DNA of 64,000 bases from Octopus vulgaris. Lineage: Eukaryota. Location: assembly GCA_951406725.2 (NCBI GenBank), contig OX597819.1:9300001-9364000 (forward strand), in the 5' to 3' direction. A model generated the notes under the pieces. It saw only the letters and a program-made list of their open reading frames with translations. It did not search any database and was not told the origin of the DNA. A program made the position numbers and the translations under genes. Of this stretch, positions 10,562-24,657 are shown piece after piece; position 1 is the stretch's first letter, and each line of letters begins with the position of its first letter.

Positions 10562-13500
10562 ACGTTGGTTGTCTACTCCTTATGCATAGTCTGACCACCT
10601 CCTGTACCTATACATCAGATCAATCAAGGCGTTTAATGTGGCTTTTTAAAGCAGATGATGCTTTGAAAAGACACCCACATAGATTGCATATCTGATTTGG
10701 ACCACCAAGCGATACAGTTAAGTTCTAGTCTTTGTGGATCTTAAAATGTCTTTTGAGGCCTCCGTTAGATTTTCAGACCATATGGCATACATGGCATTGA
10801 AAGGTGTGCACAGACACATATGTAGAATAATTGGTGTAGGTTTATTCTTCATGGATCCGTAAATGAGATTTGAGCCCAGCAAAAAAAAAAGGCATGGTCT
10901 GTCACAAACTGTGCACACAGAAAGGTCATTGGGATTCAGCTTTTCGATAGTAACATTCTTCTTTAATCTTGCATGTTTTATCCTGGCTTTTTTCAAACGC
11001 TTTCACGCCACTCCCCACTTTTGTTCGCCTTCCAGCTCGATCTGAAGCAAGGGTTTCTATGTCATCTAGATCCATTTCCAAGTGGCTTCATGGTAGATCT
11101 TCTACCGGCCTTAAATCTCTTTTTAAGCTTATATCGATAGTGTTTCCCCTCTACAAGCTCACCATAAAACAGTTGTTTTGGTGTGCGTTCATCCGCCATT
11201 CGAACAATATGGCCACACCATCTTATTTGGTTTTTCAGAATCACCGCTTTAATTAAAGTACGTCTGCAGACACACGGACATCTGTGTTTGGATTAAGAGA
11301 ACTCCGTTTAATGTTTAAAATTCGACGAAGGCATTTTTGGTGGACTTGTTCTAACAATCTGAAATGTCTTTCATAACATGCCCAAGTCTCAGAAGAATGC
11401 AGCAGGGTTAGCAAGACAAATGATTTGTAAAGAGCAAATTTTGTATTTCTTATTTATATGTCGTTGGCACCAAATGCGTGACTCCAAACCATCAAATGTT
11501 TGTGCTGCCCTGTTTGTACATTCGCAGATTATTTCTGTGTCCAGATTTCCATCATTTTATACAGAGCTTCCGTGGTAGATGAAAGAGTCAAGTAAATTTT
11601 AGTTGGGTAGCAAACAACACTACGTGCAGGTTGATACATTACAACTGTTTTTTTCAAGTTGATGGTCAAGCCAAAATCGTCACAAACTGTGTCAAATGCA
11701 GATGCAAAAGATTGCAGACCAGTTTCAGAATGACTGACCAGATCGCAATCGTCAGGGTATAAGTGTTCCCTAATTAGTGAAGTGAAAACCCTTGTTTTGA
11801 ATTTCAGTCTGGTCAGATTAAAAACATTCCCTGTTGTTCGATATTTTATGTATATACCCCACTCGGAGTTTTGAAAAGCGCGTGAAAGCACGACAGCAAA
11901 GTATATTGCAAAGAGGGTGGGTGCTTTACTCCATTTTCCACGGCAAAAGATTCAGAAAGTCCACCACCAAAATTAACTCTAGCTTTCATATCATGATGCA
12001 AAGCCCTTGTTTACAAATTTTTCTGAACAACCTATTTTTCTTAGAATTAGCAACAGGGCATTTCGATTAACAGAATCGAATGCTTTGCTCAAATCAACAC
12101 GGCAACGGTATAGGGCAAGATATTGTTCAATGCACTTTTCCTGAAATTGTCTGATAATAAAGATACAATCAGCTGTGCCCCTGGAGGAACGAAAATCACA
12201 CTAAGACTCAGGCACTATATTTGGAACTATGAAGGTATTTAAATGTTCTAACAGAATGCAGGCAAGTACCTTTCCAACCACAGACAAAAACAAAATCCCA
12301 CGAAAATTACTACACAGATCCTTTGGCCCTGATTTATATAAGGAGATTAAAATGACATCAATCCAGTCTTGAGGCACTTCCTCAGTTCTCCAACAGTGAC
12401 AAATTAATATATTTAAGAGTTCAAACATTTTGTCACTCCCATATTTCAAGACTTCTGCACAGATTCCATCAGACCCTGGAGACTTATTGTTATTCAGCTT
12501 AGTCACAGCTACATAAATGTCATTTAGAGTTGGTTCAAATACAATCTCCTCTATAACTGGAAGGTGTTCGATTTTTTCAATCATCCTCATGTCAACGGGT
12601 GATGTTCTATTCAAAAGTGCAGGAAAATGTTCTACCCAGCGCTTACGAATAGAAACGGTGTCAGTCAGAAACAAATGTTCATTTGCTGCACCCACTAGAG
12701 CTATTGAAGAAAATTCGGAGCCATATACCTCCTTAAAATAAAAGTACAAACCCTTCGCGTCATTTCTATCAGCTACTTTTTGTGCCCCTTTTGTTCTATC
12801 ATTCCACCATTCCTGTTTAATTTCTCGTAGAGCAGTCTGCACTTTCTCTTTCAGCTTTCTGTAAGATTCGTTTGAGTTGGGGGTTCAAGTACTAAGAAAG
12901 AAGTGTATTGCCTAAGTTTTGTTTTTCTAAAAGTAGATCATGAATTTCAGACAAATGTCTAAGACAAATGTCTGAGAACCAGTCACTGGTCTTACGCGAT
13001 TTAAATCCCACTGACTAACTTGCAGTCTGAAATATTTTTACTTTGAAATCTTCCCATAGATTGTCTGGGTCACGATTGATACTTTCTATAGCATCGTAGA
13101 ATCTTTGCAAGTTGCTTGATAATTTAAAGTTTGCAACATTTAACTTTTTGGGTACCTTAGGACTAGACTGTCAATTTTTAGGCATTATCGAAAAATTTGT
13201 TTTTCCACGCACTAGACGATGGTCAGTCCAGCTCTCTGGTCCTCTCATGGCCTGAACACTCGAAACATCTTTCATATCACGCTTTCTGATTAAAATATAA
13301 TCTATGAGATGCCAGTCCTTAGATCTTGGGTGCATCCAGGTGGTTTTATATTTAGTTTTCTGCTTAAACAGAGTGTTGGTGATAACCAGATTATTCTCAG
13401 TACAAAACGTCACAAGAGCTACTCCTTTTTTATTACATTTTCCAAACCCATGTCGACCTAAAACAGGCCATGAAACGTAGTATGACCAGCTTGTCAGAAA

Positions 13501-14350
13501 TTGGTACTTTCCTCAATAATTGCACGAGATCCTCATAAAATTGCCCCACATCTTCATCAGAATGAAATACTGTTGGTGCATAAATACTGACAACAGTAAG
13601 AAACTCATCTTTTGTCAATTTTATGAAGCATGACATGGTTCGATCTGATGCACCTCTTGGAAATTCTGTAGTGGAGGATACTAATGAATTCTTGAGAGAA
13701 AACCCAACACCAGATTCTCTATGCTGACCCTCAGGTAGGCATCTCCAAAAAATATATCCATAAGTAGGTTCACTTACTTGACCCTCACCAGAGAGATGAG
13801 TTTCAGAGAGCACAAATATATCAAGGGAATATGTCTTAAGCTCACATGCAATAAGTGCCTTTCTGGTCTCTTGTGGAATATATTATCAAGAAGTGTGCAC
13901 ACATTCCAACAGCCAACATTCAAAGGATGTTTATTTTTCCTTTTCCTTGAAGGTTGTTTGACCACAGTGGCAGGATGATGACCCAGGCCCAGCCTGTGAT
14001 ACACTGGGACACCTGCCAACCTAGACCTCTTCCCCTGACGTTCCCAAGCCTTTTTTGCCATTTACTGAATCTGTTTGAGACATTTTAGAGTAAGTTACAA
14101 GTGCATTTTTAGGTTTCTGTCAACCAACCAATTCAATGATTTTACTAAGAATTGGTGCACTAGAAGTACTTGTGCAGATGAATAATTTTCAGTGGATCTA
14201 GCTTGCACTGCACTACCGCCACCTATTGGTCCAAGAAGACTTTCGCCTGTATTACATGAAAATTGACAAAGCCAGAAACTTCCAAACCTCAGATTTTATT
14301 TTGGAGATTTCCTTCTAGATTTCCAAGGTTAAAGAGCTTCTAGCTGCCCA
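10562..14350 (-). mobile_element. RTE-clade LINE, near full length, decayed (APE endonuclease, RT, C2H2 fingers)
   Basis: ORF pieces: VGCWNVCTLLD, LSETHLSGEG, TWMHPRSKDWHLIDYIL (APE); KSPGSDGI, LYPDDCDL (RT); WCGHIVRMADERTPKQLFYGEL; multiple stops and frameshifts; the 3' end abuts (TA)n. Confidence 0.92.
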
Positions 14351-14514
14351 TGAGGTAAGCTATCCCGTTCCACACACCAAACTGACACCCAAATGCTCTA
14401 TAAAGTGATCAAATATCATTCCAGCCAACGACACAGAGTAGCTCATTCATACATAAAAAAATGTAAGAAGTGATTTAGAAATATAAATACAATTTAAATA
14501 CAAATAATATATTC

Positions 14515-14850
14515 TTTTATTCTTTCATTCTTTTATTTGTTTCAATCATATGACCGCGGCCATGCTGGAGTACCACCTTTAGTCGAAGAAATTGACCCCA
14601 GGACTTATTCTTTGTATGCCTAGCACTTATTCTATCGAATCTCTTTTGCCAAACCGCTATGTTATGGGGGGCGTAATCACACCAACATCGGTTGTCAAGC
14701 GATGGTGGGGGTACAAACACACACACACACATATATATACGACGGGCTTCTTTCAGTTTTCCGTCTACCAAATCCACTCACAATGTTTTGGTCGGCCCGC
14801 AGCTATAGCAGAAGACACTTGCCCAAGGTGCCTCACATTGGTAATGAACC
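14515..14850 (-). mobile_element. SINE-C, 5' truncated
   Basis: Family match (tttcagttttccgtctaccaaatccactcacaa). Confidence 0.85.
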
Positions 14851-14854
14851 CGTA

Positions 14855-15240
14855 ACAGATAGCAGGAAATCCCAAAATTGAAGAAATTCAAAAATTAGTG
14901 CTCATACGAACTGTTCATACCCTTCGTAAAATATTGATTATGTAATCCCCAAAGCATTTTAATCAATAAACAGTGTTTAAATACTTTTAAATGTCTATAA
15001 TAGCAAACACCTTTTACTGTCACCTTCACATCAGAATATCATCTTATAATCAAATTACTTTTAAAACAAACTTTTAATTTACTTATGTTCTGACAGACAT
15101 TCTCTAGAACAATACTCTGTGCAAAACCAAATATATGGCTCCCTGGTCATAACACTGACTTGAACTTCTAACTTATTGTCTCTTGAGGTCTCTGGGTGAG
15201 TCAACGTGTACAAACACAAAGCTAAAGCCAAACATATAAC
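14855..15240 (+). mobile_element. R4-like non-LTR 3' fragment
   Basis: Translates AGNPKIEEIQKLVLIRTVHTLRKILIM*, followed by an AT-rich UTR. Confidence 0.5.
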
Positions 15241-15909
15241 AATAGTGATAATCCTTTCTACTATATGCACAAGGCCTGAAATTTGGGGGAAGGGGCAAGT
15301 CGATTACATCGACCCCAGTGCGTGACTGGTCCTTATTTCATCGAGCCCGAAATGATGTGAGATAAAGAAGACCTCGGCGGAATTTGAACTCATAATGATA
15401 ATAATAACAACTATAAGACGACGATTGGGTCTAACCGAACGAATAATAGAATCTACTTGGCCAAGATACTGCGTTGTGAAGTGAGATCGAACACTGAACC
15501 TCTCGACTGCCGAATTAATGTTTTCAGTATACATCTCTGAGCCTGTGATCAGTAATGCCACTCACTTCGTTATACACACCTTTACTTGTTCCAGCTAATG
15601 GCTGGATGTAGCTATTCTGGAACACTACAATTACCATCTATTCTATAAAAAAGAATGTTGCTGATTTATTAGTTTGGACTACATAACTCTTAATAAAATA
15701 CAGCAATTATTAAAGTTTATGTAGAAAATTCTAATATATTCCAGTGTGGTTTGCCATCTTTTGTAGCTGAACATTCCAAGGACACGATTCAATCACAAAA
15801 CTAATTTTTATTCAATGCGTTATAGTTATCCTACACTGCGAAATATACTTTTTCTAGAAATATAAATGTTGCCTAAATATTTACACCGCTACTTTGAACA
15901 GACATATCA

Positions 15910-16470
15910 GTAGTTAGTTAGTTAGTTAGTTTGTTAGTTAGTTAGTTAATTTTTTGGCTCAAAAAGCAAAAAGCAAGGCCATGTAGGGGGACATGGTGTT
16001 ATGTACAGGGTGGTGTTCATGGAAAGAGTTCAGGCCACTTGTGGTCAAGGGAGACTTTGAACCGAGCGGTCGTCGGCATCTTCACCATCTCGTCCGGCAG
16101 CTTATTCCACGGATCCGCAACCCGGACGGAGAAAGCCCCTCTCCTTCGATTGAGCTGAAATCGTCGCAGATAGAGCTTTTCGGAATGACCCCGCAGCCGA
16201 CGCTCTGGAGCAGGAGTGAAGAACAGCTCTTTCGAGAGGTTACACTTTCCGCTTATGATGTTGTGAGCAAGAATGAGATCACCATGGTGGCGGCGTTTTT
16301 CTAGAGAATAAAGGTCGAGCGTCTTCAGCCTTTCTTCATAGGACAAATTCTTGAGACCAAGAACCATGCGAGTAGCCAGCTTCTGGACTCTTTCGGGATG
16401 CTGTATGTCTTTGAGGAGATAAGGAGAAGAGGCTTGAATCCCGTACTCCAATATGGGTCTCACTAGCGTG
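15910..16470 (-). mobile_element. CR1-clade LINE 3' fragment
   Basis: LVRPILEYG...ERVQKLATRMV...LRGHSEKL...FSVRVADPWNKLP, with a (CTAA)n tail at 15910-15947. Confidence 0.9.
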
Positions 16471-17009
16471 ACATCAGTAGAAAAGATTTCTTCAAATTCT
16501 AAATTATATTCGGCGCCAGCCAATTTATGTTGGATTTTTCACCTTTAATTCTATACACTGAATTGCTTTTTCACTGACTTAAAACTCTCTTTCAGTTTCT
16601 AAAACTCTGAGTGGTTATTTATCTATTTATTTATTTATTTATTTTCATGTTTTGAGGTTGATTATTTTAATTTCTATCTTTTGTCCTGTTTGTTTTTTTT
16701 TTCATTTTTACATTCATGAAAATATATTTCCACCTTCGTCACACGTGTAGGTATTATTCTAGTCTAGATTTAGCTGAATTATTATTCATAATTAAGTTTT
16801 TTTCCCATTTTGTTGTTCAATCGTCTCTCACTCATTGTACAGATTGTTTCACCCAGACAATTTCATCCCCTACTGTCAATGAATGTGTATACAAGAACTA
16901 ATACACAAATGCATATGCGTGTGTGTGTCTGTGTGTGCGAGTCTTTGTGATTGTGTATATGCGTATGTGCATGTGTGCGTGTATGTGTGTGTGTTTGCAT
17001 GTGTGCGTG

Positions 17010-17061
<52 letters not shown>

Positions 17062-17369
17062 GAAATACAAAACTACAAGATGGCTATATAACTTTAAGTA
17101 TAAACGTATAGATAAAGTGACATAGGTGGAAAACAGATATCCGATGAGTGATACGTAGGATAGAATTAATTTTCGACAAAGAAACCAGCAACCAACTTTC
17201 GATTATAAATATTCACACTACGTACTGAGCTAATACCCTTGGGGAAAAGCATGGACTTCATAACGAAAATGTTTCTATGCCTCGGATTCTTCAGAAAAAC
17301 CGATCAACTGACGTTGTTTCTCAAACTAATACAGTGCGCACGCGCGTGTGCGTGTATGTGGTATGTGCG

Positions 17370-17402
<33 letters not shown>

Positions 17403-17419
17403 AAGTAGATATATATATC

Positions 17420-17826
17420 TCTTTTACTCTTTTACTTGTTTCAGTCATTTGACTGCGGCCATGCTGGAGCACCGCCTTTAATCGAGCAACTCGACCCCCG
17501 GGACTTATTCTTTTGTAAGCCCAGTACTTATTCTATCGGTCTCTTTTGCCGAACCGCTAAGTGACGGGGACGTAAACACACCAGCATCGATTGTCAAGCA
17601 ATGCTAGGGGGACAAACCACAGACACGCAAACACATACACATATATATATATACATATATACGATAGGCTTCTTTCAGTTTCCGTCTACCAAATCCACTC
17701 ACAAGGCATTGGTCGGCCCGGGGCTATAGCAGAAGACACTTGCCCAAGATGCCACGCAGTGGGACTGAACCCGGAACCATGTGGCTGGTTAGCAAGCTAT
17801 TTACCACACAGCCACTCCTGCGCCTA
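17420..17826 (-). mobile_element. SINE-C full length
   Basis: Head aggcgcaggagtggctgtgtggtaa, B box ggttcagtccc, internal TA/TG microsatellite, tail (gagtaaaa)n. Confidence 0.92.
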
Positions 17827-18754
17827 TATGTATATGTATGTATATATCTATGTATGTATGTATGTATATATATCCTGTATTCCTGTATTTCTACAGAACA
17901 CACACACACACAGACAGGCGCACACGCACACAGACACACACAAGTATTTGCCTGTATGAATGTATTCGTGTGCAAATATTCCTATATTAATTTGTATGAT
18001 CGGTGAAGAAGCCTCTTGGTGAAATATAATATATACCATAAATTTAATACATATTTGTGTTTCTGCGTATGTACTTGTAAGCATGTATATATGTATGTGC
18101 TTATGTATGTACGTATGTTCGTATGTATGTACGTATGTATGTAGAGTGTACTGGGGTAGAAGCTTTCTGCAGAGGCACTCGGTTACAATAGAATATAGAA
18201 ATACCATTGTTCAGCGGAAAATCACGTAGCTTTGCTTGAGTTGCCGATGACTAATATAAATAACTTTGAAAAGATGCGTATTAAGACAAATATTTGATTT
18301 AAATGTTTACAATCTATAGAACGTACTCGGTTAGAGAGCTACTCTACCAACTAGAAACAGCGGTGAAATAGCCCTCAAATCGGACCCCATCAGATTGTAA
18401 ACGTAAAGGCATATTTGGTATAGTATGCCTGAAAATAATATAGGATAGCCATGGATGAATTGTCTTTGGTTAAATTCTGCTGGATCAAGACTGACATTGA
18501 GTTAAATAGCGTCTAGAAAATGTTGATTAGAGAAGTGCTTGGAATGTAGGTTAACAAAGGCGTTTGAGAAGTATTCGTAACCGACATGACAGAGGCACGA
18601 ATGGTCATTAATCATTTCTTTAATGCAAACACACGCTTTCATTGTTCGTAACAATTTGCATGCGCAAAGGAATCAAGATACGTAAAAAGTTCGATGGTGG
18701 AAGTGCGGAGTCGCAACAAAACTGCAATATGACTTTTGATGGTCTGGAATGCGT

Positions 18755-18827
<73 letters not shown>

Positions 18828-18911
18828 ATCGCAATCCTAACAAAGTTGTTCTGTCTTTCAGCAACAAATTGCTATATTGTTTGGAGCAGGGATGTGACAG
18901 ACAGAGTAATA

Positions 18912-19118
18912 ATATTCTTTTCTACTCTAGGCACAAGGCATGAAATTTTGTGGGAGGGAACCAGTCGATCAGATCGACCCCAGTATGCAACTGGCACTTT
19001 ACTTATCGATCCCAGAAGGATGACCTCGGCGGAATTTGAACTCAGACCGTAAAGACGGACGAAATACTGCTAAGAATTTCGCCTAGCATGCTAACGTTTC
19101 TGCCAGCTCGTCGCCTTA
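18912..19118 (-). mobile_element. SINE-B (alternative tail)
   Basis: Family match; tail ...gtgcctagagtagaaaagaatatt. Confidence 0.85.
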
Positions 19119-19134
19119 GACAGAGTAATATTAA

Positions 19135-19398
19135 CTCCGGCAGGGGATGGTGGTGGTCCCTGCTGTACTCTTTCACCACAACTTTCTCTCACTCTTGACT
19201 TCCTGTTTCTGTTGTACCTGTATTTCAAAGGGCCGGCCATGTCACTCTCTGTATCACGCTGAATATCCCCGAGAACTACCTTAAGGGTACACGTGTCTGT
19301 GGAGTGCTCAGCCACTTACACGTTAATTTCACGAGCAGGCTGTTCCGTTGATTCGGATCAACCGGAACTCTCATCATCGTTACCGACGGAGTGCTTCT
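19135..19398 (+). mobile_element. SINE-A, 5' truncated
   Basis: Family match. Confidence 0.88.
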
Positions 19399-19778
19399 AA
19401 AAGAAATTAATGTTCAAACCCACTTCAATACTTTAGCATAGATCTCTAAAGAGTTGGAGGAAGGTGCACAAAAGGTCTCTAACAGCGTTTGAAGTGTACG
19501 AGAATAAAATAGAACTGTCTATCGAACAAGAGTTATTTCTTTTGTGACTAAAATACACCACAGCTGGATGCCGATTTGGAGCATTTCCTATTCTATAGAA
19601 AAATGCGAATAAGAGAAACGTAGTTGATATTTATCTTCTTATTTATAACTCTTCTAAATATTCAGTATCATTTTTTGAATAAAGAACTAGTAAGAGAATA
19701 GTGATTACTCTTGAAAGGATCATAATGCTTTTATGATTTAAAGAAGATTTGGCCAGGACAAAACCACTCTATATGAAG

Positions 19779-19915
19779 ACGGCGAGCTGGCAGACACGTT
19801 AGCGAGCCGGGAGAAATGCTTAGCGGTATTTCGTCTGCCGTTACGTTCTGAGTTCAAATTCCGCCGAGGTTGACTTTGCCTTTCATCCTTTCGGGGTCGA
19901 TTAAATAAGCACCAG
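19779..19915 (+). mobile_element. SINE-B, 3' truncated
   Basis: Family match. Confidence 0.85.
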
Positions 19916-19984
19916 AAAACCTAAGTGATACATACGGACTATAGTTTCAAGGTTTTTGCCTCTCGTCAACGTATGGTAAACACC

Positions 19985-20180
19985 GGTTTTCGATGAAGGA
20001 GACCCTTGCAAATAACGATTTAATGTTTTTCCCAGCAACCACAGTCACTCCCTTTGCAAATATCATAAGGGCACAGAAATTGTGTCTAAGGCCAGCTGGA
20101 GACGTCGATCTCCTGGGGCTAAAAGCGTCATTAACACCCACCCCCAGTGGCTAGCCACATTCAGATGGCTAGTACACTTT
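19985..20180 (+). mobile_element. Penelope-like pseudo-LTR fragment with structured motif
   Basis: Homologous to 22510-22640. Confidence 0.5.
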
Positions 20181-20496
20181 ACGTTGTCGAGCGGTTACTG
20201 TTTACATCTCGTTCGGAGATTTAATAAAAAAGAAAAAGAAGCGCCAGAAAACGACGGAGAAGAAGCAACACGATCGCCATTATACACGAAAATAACAATT
20301 TCTAAACATACATGGTACAATATAGATACACAAATACACAAAAGTATTTGAAGGGGAATACGTTAGGGAATGAAGAAAAATCGTAATATTGTGTGAATTT
20401 GTTCTTTTCCCAAAAGATGTGTGAAAGAGTGAGAGATGGTGGTGAAATGGGCATTACTAGAAGGATAAGGGACAATATTTACCATCTTATAGCTCA

Positions 20497-20875
20497 CTAG
20501 CAGTATCGCCCGGCGTTGCTCGGGTTTGTAAGGGAAATAACTATATAAACATTTTTAGAGAGTTATAGCCAAAAAATAGCAAAAAAATGCATTAAAAATG
20601 GAAAAAAAATGATGGTAAATTTTTTTTTAAATCGTTGACTCATCGTAAACATTTTTAGAGAGTTACTTCCCTTATATAATAGCGAAAAAAATGCCTTAAA
20701 ATGGAAAAAAATGATGGTAAATTATTTTTAAAATCGTAGACTCATCGTAGACGCGCGCTAATACCCAGAAGGGCTCGATATGAATCACGACTATAAGATA
20801 CCCGGTTTTGGTTAAACTGCACCGCAAAATGTGGGAGTAGTTAGGAATCTAAATCGTAGGAGACAGACAGCACAC
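20497..20875 (-). mobile_element. Non-autonomous Helitron
   Basis: On the minus strand it ends with hairpin cccgagcaacgccggg then CTAG|T; homologous to 48523-48920 and 49109-49408. Confidence 0.85.
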
Positions 20876-21298
20876 ATTGTACTGACAGAAACATACGATT
20901 CTCCAATGCTACTTGAATTGTTAACCGGAGACAACTATCTATTTAATAACAAAAACAACAACTTCTACTTCTCTCTTTCTCTTTCAATTCTCTTTAATCC
21001 ACCCGGATTCTAGTGTAGTCTCCCTGAAAATGTTACTTCATCAATGCGGAAACGTGACATTTGTTACGCTGGGAGTGGTAAGAAGAGTGAAAAATAAAAT
21101 GATTGAGGCGTTTATAAAGAACAGTGAATAGTATTAGTAATCACCAGTGGCTGACAGATAATTAGACACAGTCTCTTCCTACTGCAAAGATTGGATAAAA
21201 TAAATATATAAATATATTACAGAAAATAAGTAAAAGATAATAATAACAAAGCAATGGTGGTGACAGCATGTCAGTAGGACGGCAATTTAACTAATACG

Positions 21299-21989
21299 GA
21301 GTGGCGGCTCGTGTATAGGAACTGTGGAACTGCGGCACCCCCTATTTCCACTCGATATTATCGATAACATTCAATATAACGAGTCCTTTTTTCTATAATT
21401 CTTTCTTTATACTTGTACATTATATAAATCCTTAAGCTTAATTTCAGTAGCCATATCCTAGGTTGTGATAAAAACACAAATATCCTTGTATACAATTGTG
21501 CGCTTCACAGTTCCATCGACGCGGTGTTCGGCTGTTGTGCACATGTTCACATGTCCGAGATAGGAAGCTTCACACTAGGGCGAGAGAGCATTGTATGAAA
21601 GACAGTGTTGGATGAATGGTAGTATTTCTTTTTGATTCCGCGTATGTTGTACTTAAAAACGTGTTTGTATTCTTGAATACGATGAAGTGTTGGATTAGAA
21701 TATTATCCTGCTCCCAGATTCAGTGTTGCTGCCAGGATTTGAAAAATAGGGCCCAGTTCCACCCTTTATTTTGTGATTTAGGGGGGATTTTTGAAAAAAC
21801 AAGAGGGAAATCATGGCGGTGTTTAGTGAACAAATTAAGCACACTTCCTGGCAGTGGTTAAAACGTGAACCGATCAAGTTTATGTATAATTTTTTTTATA
21901 TGTTTGTTTCCTTTTACACAATATTAAAACAACGGCTAAAACTTTTCTGAAGCAGCACCCTCGGTAATCTTACCTACGACCTGCCACTG
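21299..21989. mobile_element. Non-autonomous hAT-type DNA transposon
   Basis: Imperfect TIRs gagtggcggctcgt / acgacctgccactg flanked by the exact 8-bp TSD ctaatacg. Confidence 0.8.
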
Positions 21990-22029
21990 CTAATACGATT
22001 TATGTTGTATTTGGAACAAGCGACAGGGA

Positions 22030-23250
22030 AGCTGAGCCAGCCATGCTGCTTCGATTATGAGTGAAATCACTTTCACTTTCACTTTCTTGCCGCTCCTGCC
22101 ATATCCATTCGTATTCAGTAAGATACTATGCAGTAGAGAACTTGTTATTCATCTATTTGGTTTCGGGTTCTATTTCTCTCCATGGCATTTTGTGCAAATA
22201 TCGGATATTTTTTGTCACTCTAGGGCCTGCCATACGAGCATCAGTATTTGCAAAGGAAAGCCATCCTTCCCGTCTTCAACTTATGAATATACGTCACGAT
22301 GTGTTGCAGCTACTGTTTAGAACTCGCTCTAAGATTTATTATTGCTTGATTACACTTTTTCGATATCAGTGTCTTTACGATACTGGAAAAAGTATATGTA
22401 TTTGTGAAGGGAACCTATTTTCATCGACAACTGTTGATTGTCACACACCAATGACGGGTCAATACTCAGAAACTCGAGTCCGTGTGTATCATAAGTTGAA
22501 GACAGGAAGGATGACTTCCCTTCACAAATACTGATAGGGCACAGAAAGTGTGTCTATAGCCAGCTGGAGGAGGTGTCCTCCTGGGGCTACAAACTACAGT
22601 AGCATCCACCCTTAGGGGCTAGCCATGTTTAAGCGGCAAATATACGCATAAAAGAAAGAATTATAGAAGAAAGCCATCTGCAGATGTCTGCTTGTCCACT
22701 GCAAACATCCCCGTTAGTACTGCATATGGAAAGAGCTAATAACAGGTACGGAATACCGAGTCACGAATATCAAACAATACGAAAATTATTAAAAGTTAAC
22801 GGATACCAAATATCTTTTACATGCTGTAGACAGCAGGATTCCAAGTGCAAGAAATGAACGAATTTTTCCAACAACTATTACCAAGAAACCACCCATAATG
22901 AAATGCTGGATATACACATGACTCACTCAAAGCCTTATAAAAGGTATATCGAAGAAACAGTTTGCCGCTGCAAATAACTTATTCACAACATCCGCGCATC
23001 ACACGCACATATATTTACAAACATACTAAATGCAACTGAATGTTACATGGGATGTTTGATATGCGAATATAAGAACTCCTGCATTCATGCACTACACAGA
23101 GGAAGAACACCTTGAAAAATTGACGGGTGCTGGAGTCAGCACGTCACGGTTACGATGAAAGCCGCAGACCAAAGTTCTGAAAACTTGGAGATCAAAGAAG
23201 CCATGCTAAGACGACACAAACCAGCCATTAACAAACGATAGGAATGAAAC
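22030..23250 (+). mobile_element. Decayed Penelope-like element (inverted pseudo-LTR, hammerhead remnant, GIY-YIG C-terminus)
   Basis: LEIKEAMLRRHKPAINKR*E at ~23185-23245 matches the LxIxEAxxIxxxKPxLN end of PLE endonucleases; 22239-22290 is an inverted copy of 22488-22535. Confidence 0.65.
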
Positions 23251-23298
23251 AAAAGCTGTTGGCTAATCTGCCCACCGTACAATAATACAATTGGCCAT

Positions 23299-23530
23299 AG
23301 GCGGCGAGCTGGCAGAAACGTTAGCACGCCGGGCGAAATGCGTAGCCGTATTTCGTCTGTCTTTACGTTCCGAGTTCAAATTCCGCTGAGGTCGACTTTG
23401 CCTTTCATCCTTTCGGGGTCGATAAATTAAGTACCAGTTACGCACTGGAGTCGATGTAATCGACTTAATCCCTTTGTCTGTCCTTGTTTGTCCCCTCTGT
23501 GTTTAGCCCCTTGTGGGTAGTAAAGAAATA
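23299..23530 (+). mobile_element. SINE-B monomer
   Basis: Family match. Confidence 0.9.
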
Positions 23531-23995
23531 CCTATTTCCTCCTTGCACATGCATGACAACAGATTCCTGAGAAAAGATAACCAACAGAACACAGCTTTCC
23601 ACAACAGTGTTCAAGTATCAATAACATGTAGTCTTTTTATACACCAGGTACAGCAACAAAGCCACACGAGCTCTTGTTATCTTTATTATTGTTGAGGAGA
23701 ATTTTTAGTCGAAATATGAAGAATATGAAATACATTCAAATTAAAATTCCTGTTTGTTTTGTTCTTACTTATATTTAACAATTTCTCAACAGCATTGCTG
23801 TAGTCTCCAGATGATTGTATGTGCGTTTGCGGGGCCATGTGTGTGTCTGTGTAGTATACCAAAAATATTTACACGTGCCTTCCTACACTCTAAGTATATA
23901 ATGTTGGTTCTAATTATAAACATATACGCGTGTAACATGAAATTTTGTGTATCTTCATACGGAAAACAACATATACATATAAATAAACACACACA

Positions 23996-24041
<46 letters not shown>

Positions 24042-24224
24042 TACAATAATGTATATATGTACGTGTATATATATAAATATATACGTATGTGTGTGTACGA
24101 TATATATGTATGTACGTATGTAGGAATGTATGAATGTATCCCCCCCACACACATACACATACGTAGTACATATTTATATGAAAAGCTACATTAAATGCAT
24201 TGAATACTTGAGATTATCCTGCCT

Positions 24225-24390
24225 AGGAGTGGCTGTGTGGTAAGTAGCTTGTTTACCAACCACATGGTTCCGGGTTCAGTCCCACTGCGTGGCACCTTGG
24301 GCAAGTGTCTTCTGTTATAGTCCCGGGCCGACCAAAGCCTTGTGAGTGGATTTGGTAGATCGAAACTGAAAGAAGCCCGTTGTATATATG

Positions 24391-24421
<31 letters not shown>

Positions 24422-24612
24422 TTGTGTGTCTGTGTTTGTCCCCCTAGCATTGCTTGACAACCGATGCTGGTGTGTTTATGTCCCCGTTACTTAGCGGTTC
24501 GGCAAAAGAGACCGATAGAATAAGTACTGGGCTTACAAAAGAATAAGTCTCGGGGGCGTCGAGTTGCTCGATTAAAGGCGGTTCTCCAGCATGGCCGCAG
24601 TCAAATGACTGA

Positions 24613-24657
<45 letters not shown>

